The translations under genes were made by a program, and so were the position numbers. Shown in pieces: positions 1-9,932 of a stretch of 64,000 nt of DNA. The notes under the pieces are model-generated. The model was not told where the DNA came from, ran no database searches, and was given only the letters and a program-made list of their open reading frames with translations. Position 1 is the first letter of the stretch; each line of letters begins with the position of its first letter. The DNA comes from Candidatus Coprovivens sp. (GTDB lineage Bacteria > Bacillota_I > Bacilli_A > RF39 > UBA660): the NCBI GenBank assembly GCA_051892935.1, contig JBJFGS010000036.1, positions 1 through 64,000 on the forward strand. The letters run 5' to 3'.

Positions 1-196
1 AGATCATTTCTTGCTACCAAGCTTTTTCTTGGTTGCATTAGTAATATACCAAATCCTATATCGCTTTGTCAACTTTTTTTTCGCTTTTTTTAAAAAAACT
101 TTTTTCATTGACATTTTTTAGCATATCTTCGGTATTTTTTGATGATTCTTTTCGAAACATCTTCCTCAGTATATAACAAAAAAGAACTTAATGCAA
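1..196 (-). promoter_or_regulatory. Tandem sigma-A promoters (P1/P2), probably of an rRNA operon lying beyond the left edge
   Basis: Minus strand: TTGCAT(196-191)-17 bp-TATACT(173-168) and TTGACA(72-67)-18 bp-TGG-TATATT(48-43), each with A-rich upstream tracts. The window ends in AAATGATCT, compatible with the start of a boxA (GATCTTTGAAAAC). The rRNA itself is not visible. Confidence 0.6.
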
Positions 197-214
197 GAAA
201 AAAATCAAAAAAAC

Positions 215-748
215 TCAATTTTTTTTGATTTTCTCATATAGTTCATTATATTTACTAACAACACCAGGAGCAAAAGGACCATTTTCACTTCTTTTTAAAT
301 CAATTAAATAAGATAGCTCTGACTTTATAATAAAATCCAAATCTTCAGAATAATGCATCAACTTCTTATGATAATTATACTCATTACGATCTAAAATTCT
401 AAACCCACCATCAGGAAATACCCTCAAATCCAAATCATAATCAATATACTTTATTGATTTCCCATCAATAATATAAGGCGAAGCAATATTACAATAATAA
501 AATAATCCAAATTTTTTTAACTGACCTATAATATTAAACCAATGTTTTTTATAAAAAAACAATACTGCCGGTTCATTTGTCATATGACTACGTCCATCTT
601 TTTCTGTTATCTTAGTTCTACCATTTCCACAAACTAAATATTCTTCTGTATCCTCTAGAACAATAGCTTCTTCAGAAGTATGTTCTAACGATCCATCATG
701 CTTATAACAATAAATCTTTAGTTTATCTCCTACTTTAATATCATTCAT
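215..748 (-). CDS. DUF402/YgaC-family nucleoside tri/diphosphate phosphatase
   Basis: Motifs YKHDGSL, EPAVLFF..WFNII, YYCNIASP, YIDYDLDLRVFPDG. Start moved to MNDIKVG. Confidence 0.85.
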   Translation of the reverse strand: MNDIKVGDKLKIYCYKHDGSLEHTSEEAIVLEDTEEYLVCGNGRTKITEKDGRSHMTNEPAVLFFYKKHWFNIIGQLKKFGLFYYCNIASPYIIDGKSIKYIDYDLDLRVFPDGGFRILDRNEYNYHKKLMHYSEDLDFIIKSELSYLIDLKRSENGPFAPGVVSKYNELYEKIKKN

Positions 749-800
749 AAAATCCCGCTTTCGCAATACATTATATAATATTTTTTTCAAAATAACAAAC

Positions 801-826
801 AAAGACACTACAATAGTGTCTTTTTT
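801..826. terminator. Intrinsic terminator-like hairpin after ctpA
   Basis: AAAGACACTA-caa-TAGTGTCTTT perfect stem with A/T tails. Confidence 0.7.
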
Positions 827-827
827 A

Positions 828-2210
828 CTAACTTAACAATTTAATTGCTTTATCCAATTGTAAATCATAGATAACATTATTTCCATATTGAATATCAACA
901 TCATAATCTGGTACTATACCAATCTCATCAATGCATTCACCATTTGGTCTCAACCATTTTGCAGAAGTATACTTAATCATTGTATCTTCATAATATTTCA
1001 TAGTTTGAACTTTTCCCTTACCAAAAGTAGTTTTACCCACAATAGTTGCACCATACGAATCTTTTAAAGCAGCAGTTAATATTTCTGCTGCAGAAGCAGT
1101 ATTACTATTAACTAATATTACAATTTTATATTCTCTTTTATCTTTTGTTTCATCTTTATATGTAGTAATATTATTCTTACTCTCCAAAGAATACAACACT
1201 TCACCTTTTTTCAAAAATAAACTAGCAATATCAGTAGCTGAATTCAAATACCCTCCACTATTATTACGTAAATCAATAATTAAAGAATCAATTTCATCGT
1301 TTTCAAGTTTTAATAATGATTCCTGAAAATCTTCAAACGAATGCGATGAAAAAGAACTTAAAAATAAATATCCTATTTTTTCACTTTTATCCTCACTAAA
1401 AATTATGTCACTTTCAACTGAAGGTATTTCAACTTCATCAACATTAATATAAAATGTTAATTCTACATTATCTCTTTTTACAATTACCTCATTTTCTTTA
1501 TCCTTATTTAACAAATCAGCAATTATAGTATAATTTTCAGAAGTAATTTCTGTACCATTAATACTAATAATTTCATCATTAGCTTTTATACCAACTTTAT
1601 CCGCCGGAGAATTATCATAAACCTGATAAACCACATTACTCATTACAACTATACCAATGCCTTCATAAGTACCATCTAAAGATTCAGATAACATATCAGT
1701 CTCATTCTTATCCAAAAATATAGAATAATTATCTTTTAAGAAGTCAAGCATCCCTTCCAACGCAGCTTCAATCATAGCATCCTTATCAACTTCTTCATAA
1801 TAATTATCAACAACCTCAGAATAAGTATCTAAAAATTCTTGAACTTTTTTATCAGAAACTGCATCATTGTATAAATAATGATAATTCTTTTGATATTGAT
1901 AATTTAATATTAATCCAGTACATACACAAGATATAATGGCAACTATTACAACCATAATAAGTAAATCAAATATATCTAAAGAAAACCTACCATTACTATA
2001 TTTTTTATTATTTTTCTTTTTCTTCTTTCGTTTACTGTTTTTTCCAGATTTATTTAAAAAAACACTTTTTCTTTTTTTAAATAATTTATCTAAAAAAACA
2101 TTGCTTTTTTGATTACTATCATTATTTTTATTCTTTTTCTCATCTTTTATTATTGTATTACTTTTAGAAGATGTACTTTTATCTAATTGTATTTCTTTAC
2201 TTTTTTTCAT
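828..2210 (-). CDS. ctpA: S41 family carboxy-terminal processing protease (PDZ + S41), membrane-anchored
   Basis: IIDLRNNSGGYL, TASAAEI, TFGKGKVQ, GIVPD and QLDKA motifs; N-terminal basic tail plus TM helix. Confidence 0.92.
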   Translation of the reverse strand: MKKSKEIQLDKSTSSKSNTIIKDEKKNKNNDSNQKSNVFLDKLFKKRKSVFLNKSGKNSKRKKKKKNNKKYSNGRFSLDIFDLLIMVVIVAIISCVCTGLILNYQYQKNYHYLYNDAVSDKKVQEFLDTYSEVVDNYYEEVDKDAMIEAALEGMLDFLKDNYSIFLDKNETDMLSESLDGTYEGIGIVVMSNVVYQVYDNSPADKVGIKANDEIISINGTEITSENYTIIADLLNKDKENEVIVKRDNVELTFYINVDEVEIPSVESDIIFSEDKSEKIGYLFLSSFSSHSFEDFQESLLKLENDEIDSLIIDLRNNSGGYLNSATDIASLFLKKGEVLYSLESKNNITTYKDETKDKREYKIVILVNSNTASAAEILTAALKDSYGATIVGKTTFGKGKVQTMKYYEDTMIKYTSAKWLRPNGECIDEIGIVPDYDVDIQYGNNVIYDLQLDKAIKLLS

Positions 2211-2278
2211 AATAAACCTCTCCTTAAAATAATATCATAAAGAATAAAACAAAAAAAGTTTAATAATAAAATTAAACT

Positions 2279-2827
2279 TTATTCTTCAACACCTAATTCT
2301 TTTTCCATTTTAGCGTAATCTACGATATATTTAGTAATTTTACCTTTTTTTACCTTTAATAAAGTAATATCTCCAACCTTCATATCCTTAACTGCTTTAG
2401 CATCAACATTAACATTCTCAGGATCATAATATCCTTCATTTAACTTATTAGATAAATCCACAGTATAGACAGGTAAATGATTTTCCTTTTCATTATAAGC
2501 GAATACTAAAGTTAACATATCTGCAACATATTTTCCCTTATCAGATTGATCATAAATTACAACATAGTACTCTTTATCTGCTTTTTGTAAAATAGTTCCC
2601 ATAATAGCAACTTCATAATCTATTTCACCAGGAATTACTTCCTCTGTTTCAGTATCATTCTTATCTTTAAACAAATCTTTTGTTACAAATAGTCTTGTTG
2701 CTAAATATAAAGCACCTACGCAAAGCAAAACAACTAATATTACAATAATAAAATTTCTAATTTCCAATTGTTCAGCTGTTTGATATTTTACTTTATTTAT
2801 TTTTGCTTTTTTATTTTCTTTTCCCAT
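2279..2827 (-). CDS. Hypothetical single-pass membrane protein, possibly a degenerate thioredoxin-like extracellular domain
   Basis: ORF with RBS and one TM helix; no CxxC. Confidence 0.6.
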   Translation of the reverse strand: MGKENKKAKINKVKYQTAEQLEIRNFIIVILVVLLCVGALYLATRLFVTKDLFKDKNDTETEEVIPGEIDYEVAIMGTILQKADKEYYVVIYDQSDKGKYVADMLTLVFAYNEKENHLPVYTVDLSNKLNEGYYDPENVNVDAKAVKDMKVGDITLLKVKKGKITKYIVDYAKMEKELGVEE

Positions 2828-2927
2828 TTAAACCACCTTGTCCCAATTATACCACATTTGATAAGTAAATCAAATAAATGTTATAATTACCTACACTATA
2901 ATGGGAAAGAAAATCATTATTTATTCA

Positions 2928-3935
2928 CTATTTTTCCTCAACAACATTAGCAACACTCAAAGAATCAGCTATTGATAAAATCTCGCTTGTAGATAAATCA
3001 TTACTTGCCAAATAATAATCAATATTATTATGAGACCAAGATAAGGAATTAGTACTTAATGCACCAATAGTATTACTTAACATTAATGGATCTCCATAAA
3101 CAGGTATTATTTCAAATTCCTCACTTACATTAGCTACTTCTTCAATCAATACAAAGTTTTTATCTCCATTAAATGTAAGAATTACCCTCTCACCATTTTC
3201 AGTATTAATTGTCTCTCGATTCTTTAAAAAAGTATTTGCTGGTACATAAAGAGGATATACAATTTCATCTAATATAGAAGTTTCTTCCGTTTTATCATCA
3301 TCAATAGAGCAACAATTTTCATCAATCAAACTTTCCACATCAAAATCTTTCTTACTTAAATTGGCTTTATAATCGATTTTATTAAAAACAACTTTAATAG
3401 ACATTATATCTTCTACATCATAAACAGCTACCATCTTTAGATTTAACTTCTTATCAAAATATAATACTTCATACTCCAAATCATTATTATTTGGATAATC
3501 AACACCAACTTTTAAAGAATACCCATCCTCTTCTTCTTTAAATTCCATTATTTTATTATTTTCCATATCTTTTACTAAAGAATTTAATATATAAGATTGA
3601 CTACTATTATAAGGCCACTCACTCTCAAACTTATAGCTTTTATTTAAACTAGGCGTAACAACATATACATCTCCAGAATTACGTAGTATTACTTGCTCAT
3701 GATTACTTAGAGTATTTATCATATCAACTTTAAAATAATCATCATCCATATAATAAACTTTTATATCATACTCGAAAGTATCATCACCATTATATATTTC
3801 CATACTACTCTGAGCTATATAAGACTTAGAAGACTCAACCTGATTCTTAAAATTCTTAACAAGTTCTTCTTCATTAACTTTACCACAACCTGTTAATAAT
3901 AAAACACTTATCAACAATAATATAAATTTTCTCAT
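2928..3935 (-). CDS. YdcC-like lipoprotein (LolA-like fold, sporulation-associated family)
   Basis: Lipobox LLLTGC; EQVILRN..VYVVTPSLNKSYKFESEWPYNSSQSY closely matches the YdcC family. Confidence 0.8.
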   Translation of the reverse strand: MRKFILLLISVLLLTGCGKVNEEELVKNFKNQVESSKSYIAQSSMEIYNGDDTFEYDIKVYYMDDDYFKVDMINTLSNHEQVILRNSGDVYVVTPSLNKSYKFESEWPYNSSQSYILNSLVKDMENNKIMEFKEEEDGYSLKVGVDYPNNNDLEYEVLYFDKKLNLKMVAVYDVEDIMSIKVVFNKIDYKANLSKKDFDVESLIDENCCSIDDDKTEETSILDEIVYPLYVPANTFLKNRETINTENGERVILTFNGDKNFVLIEEVANVSEEFEIIPVYGDPLMLSNTIGALSTNSLSWSHNNIDYYLASNDLSTSEILSIADSLSVANVVEEK

Positions 3936-4039
3936 AACACCATACCTTTTCTAATTAATAATATTTATTAAAAAAATATTTATTCATACATAAATAAAGA
4001 ATTATTAGCAATACTATAAATAGAAAAGGAAGGTAATAT

Positions 4040-4237
4040 ATGGAAATAGTTAAAAAAATAGCTCTTATATTAACAATTATTGGAGCATTAAACTGGGGAT
4101 TAATAGGTTTATTCAATTTAAATATTGTTACACTACTAATAAAAAGTTCAATAATCAATAATATTATTTATATTATTATAGGAATTGCTTCATTAATAAG
4201 TATTGCTTATTTATTCCACGAAAAAGTAAGAGATTAA
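4040..4237 (+). CDS. DUF378 small membrane protein
   Basis: LTIIGALNWGLIGLF signature; RBS AGGAAGG. Confidence 0.88.
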   Translation: MEIVKKIALILTIIGALNWGLIGLFNLNIVTLLIKSSIINNIIYIIIGIASLISIAYLFHEKVRD

Positions 4238-4247
4238 TTTCAAAAAC

Positions 4248-4275
4248 AAAAGACATACAAATTGTATGTCCTTTT
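4248..4275. terminator. Bidirectional terminator between DUF378 and cdaR
   Basis: GACATACAA-a-TTGTATGTC stem between convergent genes. Confidence 0.7.
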
Positions 4276-4278
4276 ATT

Positions 4279-5670
4279 TTACTCAGCTTTTGAAAGCACT
4301 ACATTAACAGTTTTGGTAACAATATATTGTAACCTTGAATCTTCACCTTCAACCTTAACTGGTACTGGATAAGTTCCAGCACTATAGCCAGCTAAATCAA
4401 CATATGCGTATATTCCAGGTGAATTTTCATCTATAGAATTAATTACAGACTCAACGCCAATAACTTGAATTTCAATTTTCGCATCATCTTGCGATACTAA
4501 ATTAGCATTCAATCCATTAGGTACATTTGCTGTCCTAACACCACTAATTATAATTGTCTTTTGTTTAGCTTCTCCAAAATTCAAAACTACAGAAACACTT
4601 TCATCACTAATACTTCTAACACCTGCTGGCTTAGAAAAAGCATACTTAGATGTCTTTGAGCCATTATTTCCTTGACCCTCAACATCAATAGAAACAGTTA
4701 AATAACTAATATCTTCTAACGCCGCTTCATCACCATATATAGTTGTTTCAAAATCGTTTGCGTTAACACCATTAATTGTAATTGAAGAAATAGCTTTACC
4801 GCTTACTAATTTACCAGTCGTTTCAACCTTAACAGACACTCTCTTAGAATAAGAATCTAAAACTACTTTTGCACTTACAGTAGCTGGTATTTCTACATTT
4901 TCAATTATTTTTCCATCATTTCCATAAGCAATTAGTTTTAAATTATCAATAGTATATGTTCCAGCTTTAGTAAAATCATCATTATCCAAATTAACTAATG
5001 CTTTAATAGACGCTATAGAATCAATAGTTTCCTGAGATCCTCTAACAATAACTTCAGATTTAGATAATTCAACAGATTTAACACTAAGTTTAGAATCTAA
5101 GTGATCTTGATTTAATAAATCATACGTAATAGTTTTATTATCGCTAACTTTTTCTTTAATAGTTACAGTTACATAATCAGGAGATATTTGATAACTTAAA
5201 TTATCAATTGGTTTGTTATAAGTTAATTTTACCTTTACAGCTTTATCACTTGCTTGATAATCAGTTAAATCAACAACAACTTCATTATCTCCCAATTGTC
5301 TTGCTAAGTATAACTCACTAGTTTTACCAATTAATGTCATATCAACAGTTTGTGGAATTCCTTCTATAACATATGCACTACTATTATATATTACCTTAAC
5401 AGGAATATTAGTCAAAAACTCTGCATCTTTACTTACAAAAGAAGAAGCTTTCATATTTACTAATAAAGTAAACGTAGCTGCTATAATACCAGACAATATT
5501 AGCAGAGCATATGGTCTACTTAAGAGTTTTTCAAACTTATTATCATTTCCTATTTTCTTTTGTATTTTATAAACCAATGTACTTATTGGAGTAACAATCA
5601 ATCCATCTATAACATTATATAGTTTTTTTAAAATTTTTTTACTTTTACTATTCTTTTTATTAGATTTCAT
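4279..5670 (-). CDS. cdaR: YbbR-repeat regulator of diadenylate cyclase
   Basis: TM helix plus YbbR-like beta repeats; overlaps the cdaA stop. Confidence 0.85.
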   Translation of the reverse strand: MKSNKKNSKSKKILKKLYNVIDGLIVTPISTLVYKIQKKIGNDNKFEKLLSRPYALLILSGIIAATFTLLVNMKASSFVSKDAEFLTNIPVKVIYNSSAYVIEGIPQTVDMTLIGKTSELYLARQLGDNEVVVDLTDYQASDKAVKVKLTYNKPIDNLSYQISPDYVTVTIKEKVSDNKTITYDLLNQDHLDSKLSVKSVELSKSEVIVRGSQETIDSIASIKALVNLDNDDFTKAGTYTIDNLKLIAYGNDGKIIENVEIPATVSAKVVLDSYSKRVSVKVETTGKLVSGKAISSITINGVNANDFETTIYGDEAALEDISYLTVSIDVEGQGNNGSKTSKYAFSKPAGVRSISDESVSVVLNFGEAKQKTIIISGVRTANVPNGLNANLVSQDDAKIEIQVIGVESVINSIDENSPGIYAYVDLAGYSAGTYPVPVKVEGEDSRLQYIVTKTVNVVLSKAE

Positions 5671-6487
5671 CGATATCACCATCCCTTTCAGCACCATCTG
5701 CATCATAGAATAGTTCAGTTTTTGGCTTTAATTCCTCAACCAACATCATTCTAAATTCATCTAAGCTTAAATTATAGTGAATCTCATGATCAACAGCGAT
5801 ACTAATACGACCAGTTTCTTCAGAAACAATCAAAGCAACAGCATCACTCTCTTCAGCTATACCAAGCGCAGCTCTATGACGTGTACCAAGCTTTTTATTT
5901 AAATTAGGATCCATACTCGTTTTAAACACTGCACCTGCACAAGTAATTCTATTACCTTGAATAATAACACCACCATCATGAAGTGGACTATTTGGAAAGA
6001 ATATTGTTCCAAGCAATGGACTTGTCAAATCAGCATATATCTTAGTAGCTGGAGCAATATAATCCTGTAAAGAAACATCTCTTTCCAAAACAATTAATGC
6101 ACCAATCTTATTTTTCTTAAGATATTCAACAGCATCCATTATTTCATAAACTACTCTTTCTCTCTCTTCAACAGTTAAAACTTTATGTCTACCAAGTAAT
6201 TTCGTTCTTCCAATAGTTTCCAAAAAACTTCTAAGTTCTGGTTGAAATAATACAATCAAAGCAAGAGGTCCCCATTCAAATACATACTCTAATAAAATAC
6301 CGACAGTATATAAATCTAACCAATCACTTAATAATTTAAATATTAAAATTATAACTACTCCTTTAACAATCAAAATCATCTTGGAGTTATTCTTTACATT
6401 TTTAAGGATGTAATAAACCATACACCATACTATACAAGCATCTACTAACATTGTAAGTACAGACCACACAACAGAAGATAAATTCAT
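5660..6487 (-). CDS. cdaA: Diadenylate cyclase CdaA
   Basis: Three TM helices, FQPELR, PLHDGG, LGTRHRAA, VSEETG. Confidence 0.95.
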   Translation of the reverse strand: MNLSSVVWSVLTMLVDACIVWCMVYYILKNVKNNSKMILIVKGVVIILIFKLLSDWLDLYTVGILLEYVFEWGPLALIVLFQPELRSFLETIGRTKLLGRHKVLTVEERERVVYEIMDAVEYLKKNKIGALIVLERDVSLQDYIAPATKIYADLTSPLLGTIFFPNSPLHDGGVIIQGNRITCAGAVFKTSMDPNLNKKLGTRHRAALGIAEESDAVALIVSEETGRISIAVDHEIHYNLSLDEFRMMLVEELKPKTELFYDADGAERDGDIDEI

Positions 6488-6579
6488 CTTATCTGCCTCC
6501 TCTTTACGTTACTAATTATATCAAATAAATAGTTAAAAAAACAACCTAAAGAAAAAAAGAACAAAATGTTCTTTTAACT

Positions 6580-7635
6580 TTATTTAATCGTAATAGACTT
6601 TGACTTAGGTTGAATTTGAATAAAAGTATTTCCATCATTAACATCAATTTCCGTTCCATCCATATATGTATAGACAGTTTGAGAACTTCTACTTTTTTTA
6701 TTCCACTTAATCAAAACAGCATACCCATTAGAAATATAATAACCTGTACCAGTGCCAATATTGTCAATTTCTTGTCTTCCTTTTACATCACTGGTTAACG
6801 TACTATTAGACACTTGATATGTAATAATATTTTTAACAGAATATTGCTCTTTAGTTACATAATCTCTGTGCTCTTCTCCATTTACATATCTCAAATACGT
6901 TTTACTATTTGAATCATAAACATAACTAGTATCAACAATACCAGAATAAGGAATATCAACACTATTAGCTACAATAGCACCATCCATTTTAGATAAATCA
7001 ACTTCATCAACTGAATAATTAAGCAATAAATCTTTAGTTGAAGTATTCCTATATTCAAAATTATCAATAGCTTTATTTATCAAATCCATTGTTGTAAATC
7101 CACGATGTTCATAATTAACATTCAAAGAATTATCTCTATAAAAATAATACTGTTCATGAGTAAGTCCATTAATATTATTAATTCCAAAATTTTCTATATC
7201 TTCTTCAGCTTCAGGACTCCATCCCCAATGTACATAAATAGCATCATTTTCTAAAGCATAATCCAAAAAATAATGTCTAGAACTTCTTACAGAACCAATC
7301 TTATCAACTCTAGAATCTTTATATAAGGCCATATATCTAGTATAGCCACCTTCAACTATTATTTCATAAACTAAATAAGCTTCTTGCAACCCAGTATGAT
7401 AAGGTCTAGCACTACCATGATTATTAATCATAACAGCTATAGGCCTAGAATTAGAATTAATATCAACAATATTTAAAGACTTAACTTCTTTTACAGATAA
7501 AGAATCCTTAACCTTATCAACAGTATCAAAAACTTTATCTTTGTGCTTTATCAAAAAAAATATTAACAATAACACTACAATAACAAAGAAATAAAACACC
7601 TTTTTAGATTTTCTCTTCTTGCTTTTTTTAACCAT
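6580..7635 (-). CDS. DUF3048/YerB-like membrane-anchored protein
   Basis: RPIAVMINN..ARP, VEGG.TR, GSVRSSRHY, HWGWSP. Confidence 0.85.
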   Translation of the reverse strand: MVKKSKKRKSKKVFYFFVIVVLLLIFFLIKHKDKVFDTVDKVKDSLSVKEVKSLNIVDINSNSRPIAVMINNHGSARPYHTGLQEAYLVYEIIVEGGYTRYMALYKDSRVDKIGSVRSSRHYFLDYALENDAIYVHWGWSPEAEEDIENFGINNINGLTHEQYYFYRDNSLNVNYEHRGFTTMDLINKAIDNFEYRNTSTKDLLLNYSVDEVDLSKMDGAIVANSVDIPYSGIVDTSYVYDSNSKTYLRYVNGEEHRDYVTKEQYSVKNIITYQVSNSTLTSDVKGRQEIDNIGTGTGYYISNGYAVLIKWNKKSRSSQTVYTYMDGTEIDVNDGNTFIQIQPKSKSITIK

Positions 7636-7669
7636 ATAACCACCTACTATTTATAAATATATTATAACA

Positions 7670-9493
7670 CTATTTAAAAAATCTAAATATTCTTCTAAAT
7701 AAAATAATTAATAAACAAAATAATCCTAAAACAACAATAAATTCAACTACATCGTCTTTTTCAAAACTATCAATAGCAATTAATCTATCAACATCAAAAG
7801 AATCATATTTCAAAATCAATTCATTAGCTTTCTCCTCTACATTATCAATATCATTATAATTTAGAAAAAAGCTCTTAGTTTCATTCATCCACTCATTAAC
7901 AATACCAATATCACTATTACTTAACAATGCAGCCTCATATAATTCTTTCAATTTTAACACAGTAGTTGGTATTTCATACAAAGAAGGAGTTAACTTCGAA
8001 GTTTCAACTTTATTACCATTTACTTTTTCAAATTCGAAAGCAACATTATACAAAACATCTTCTTTAAAATCCTTACTCAAAAACTCTATACCATAAGAAA
8101 AGTCTCCAACATAACCCATAGGAACTGTAATAGATGGATACCCTATAACACTGCCTAAACTACTTCCAGGACTTATATTACCTGTTTTATTATATTTAAA
8201 TACTTTATTTTTTAAAGAAGGATATAACAAAACATCCAAATCATATTCATCAAAATAATTACTAACATAATCACGATAAATCTTTTTCTTAGCATCTCTT
8301 GTACTCTTTCCAGATGTATAAGTACCACATGATTCCAAATATCCAGATAATACTTGTACATGTCCACTTGAAGAAGCCAACTGTTCAAAGCTTCTAATTT
8401 TACCAGTTGTACCAAGTATATATTTATTAAAATTATCACACATTGTTCTACCGGCATAAGTCGTACGAGCAATCGAAATATTAGAATTCTTAACAAAATC
8501 CGATAAATAAATTATATTAGCTCCAGCATTTTCAAGCTCTTGAATACTTTTTTCAAGCAAAGCATAAATATCGCTATCAGTAAGACCAGTTATCCCAGAA
8601 CCACTTTCACTACCTTTAACATATTGCATTACTACACCAATATTAACACCTTTTAAAGAAGTATTACTCAAATCATAATTCTTAGTAGAAACACCTTTAG
8701 TTATTTCATCAACACCATCATCACCAGAAATAATCCCCAAAATAAGAGCATTATCTGACACATTCCTACTCAAAACTCCAACAGTATCTCTCTCTATATC
8801 ATAAGGAATAACCCCAGTTCTACTAACTAATCCTAAAGTTGGCCTCATTCCAACTAAACCAGCTCCAGAAGCTGGTAATCTTACTGAAGAATTAGTATCA
8901 GTTCCTAAAGATGCCGCTGCAAAAGCAGCTTTTACAGCTACAGCTGAACCACCACTACTACCATAAGGAGTATAACTAGTATTAAAAACATTTCTAACAT
9001 ATCCATAAGAACTATAAGAATTAGCAGCCGAAAAAGCAAGCTCACTCATATTAGTAGAACCTAATATAATAGCTCCCTCATCAATTAACTTCTCAACAAC
9101 ATACGAATCATCCAGAGGATAATTATCTATTAAAGATTTAGTACCAGCAGTTGTAGGCATTCCATAAACATCTATATTACATTTAACTAATAAAGGTATT
9201 CCGTGTAATTTACCTTTTATATTCCCAGATTGCCTTTCCAAATCCAATTCACGCGCTTGTTCTAAAGCATGTTCATTTAACTGATTAATTGAATTAAACA
9301 TATCATCATATGCTTCTATTCTCTCCAAATAAATATTCACTAAAGTCTCACTAGTTAGATATCCCTTATCCAAAGCTTCTAACAATTCACTAATACTCAT
9401 AGTTGTAACATCTACTGGAGCTTTAGTTAATGCATTTACTTTCCCAAATAATAAAAAAAGAGAAATAGCAAATACAATAATATACTTTCTCAT
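7670..9493 (-). CDS. Amidase-signature family enzyme with signal peptide and C-terminal TM anchor
   Basis: LHGIPLLVK, GSSGGSA, GTDTNSSVRLPAS, GYPSITVPMG. Confidence 0.88.
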   Translation of the reverse strand: MRKYIIVFAISLFLLFGKVNALTKAPVDVTTMSISELLEALDKGYLTSETLVNIYLERIEAYDDMFNSINQLNEHALEQARELDLERQSGNIKGKLHGIPLLVKCNIDVYGMPTTAGTKSLIDNYPLDDSYVVEKLIDEGAIILGSTNMSELAFSAANSYSSYGYVRNVFNTSYTPYGSSGGSAVAVKAAFAAASLGTDTNSSVRLPASGAGLVGMRPTLGLVSRTGVIPYDIERDTVGVLSRNVSDNALILGIISGDDGVDEITKGVSTKNYDLSNTSLKGVNIGVVMQYVKGSESGSGITGLTDSDIYALLEKSIQELENAGANIIYLSDFVKNSNISIARTTYAGRTMCDNFNKYILGTTGKIRSFEQLASSSGHVQVLSGYLESCGTYTSGKSTRDAKKKIYRDYVSNYFDEYDLDVLLYPSLKNKVFKYNKTGNISPGSSLGSVIGYPSITVPMGYVGDFSYGIEFLSKDFKEDVLYNVAFEFEKVNGNKVETSKLTPSLYEIPTTVLKLKELYEAALLSNSDIGIVNEWMNETKSFFLNYNDIDNVEEKANELILKYDSFDVDRLIAIDSFEKDDVVEFIVVLGLFCLLIILFRRIFRFFK

Positions 9494-9503
9494 ATATATC
9501 ACC

Positions 9504-9932
9504 TTATCTCATTCTTTGCGCTTCTCTTTTTAAATCTCTTTCTTTAATAGTTTCACGCTTGTCATAAAGTTTTTTACCCTTACCTATACCAAGCAACACT
9601 TTAACTCTATTATTCACTAAATAAGCCTTTAAAGGTACTAAACTATAACCTTCTCTATCCACTTTTTCTTTAATCTTCTTAATTTCATTCTTATGAAGTA
9701 ACAATTTTCTAGTACGTCTTTCATCATGATTAAATATATTACCTTCCTCATATTTAGCAATATACATATTATGCAAAAAAACTTCTCCATTCCTAATTAA
9801 TGCAAAAGTATCCTTTAAATCACCAGATCCACGTCTTAAAGACTTAATCTCAGTACCTTTAAGCTCAATACCACATTCAATTGTATCTTCAATAAAATAA
9901 TCAAAATAAGCTTTTTTATTTTTTATTTCCAT
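9504..9932 (-). CDS. smpB: SsrA-binding protein
   Basis: [36 protein letters not shown]. Confidence 0.97.
   Translation of the reverse strand: MEIKNKKAYFDYFIEDTIECGIELKGTEIKSLRRGSGDLKDTFALIRNGEVFLHNMYIAKYEEGNIFNHDERRTRKLLLHKNEIKKIKEKVDREGYSLVPLKAYLVNNRVKVLLGIGKGKKLYDKRETIKERDLKREAQRMR

Noticed and set aside
9400-9510. tmRNA (ssrA) next to smpB
   Set aside because: No room and no tRNA-like ends; the amidase gene follows directly.
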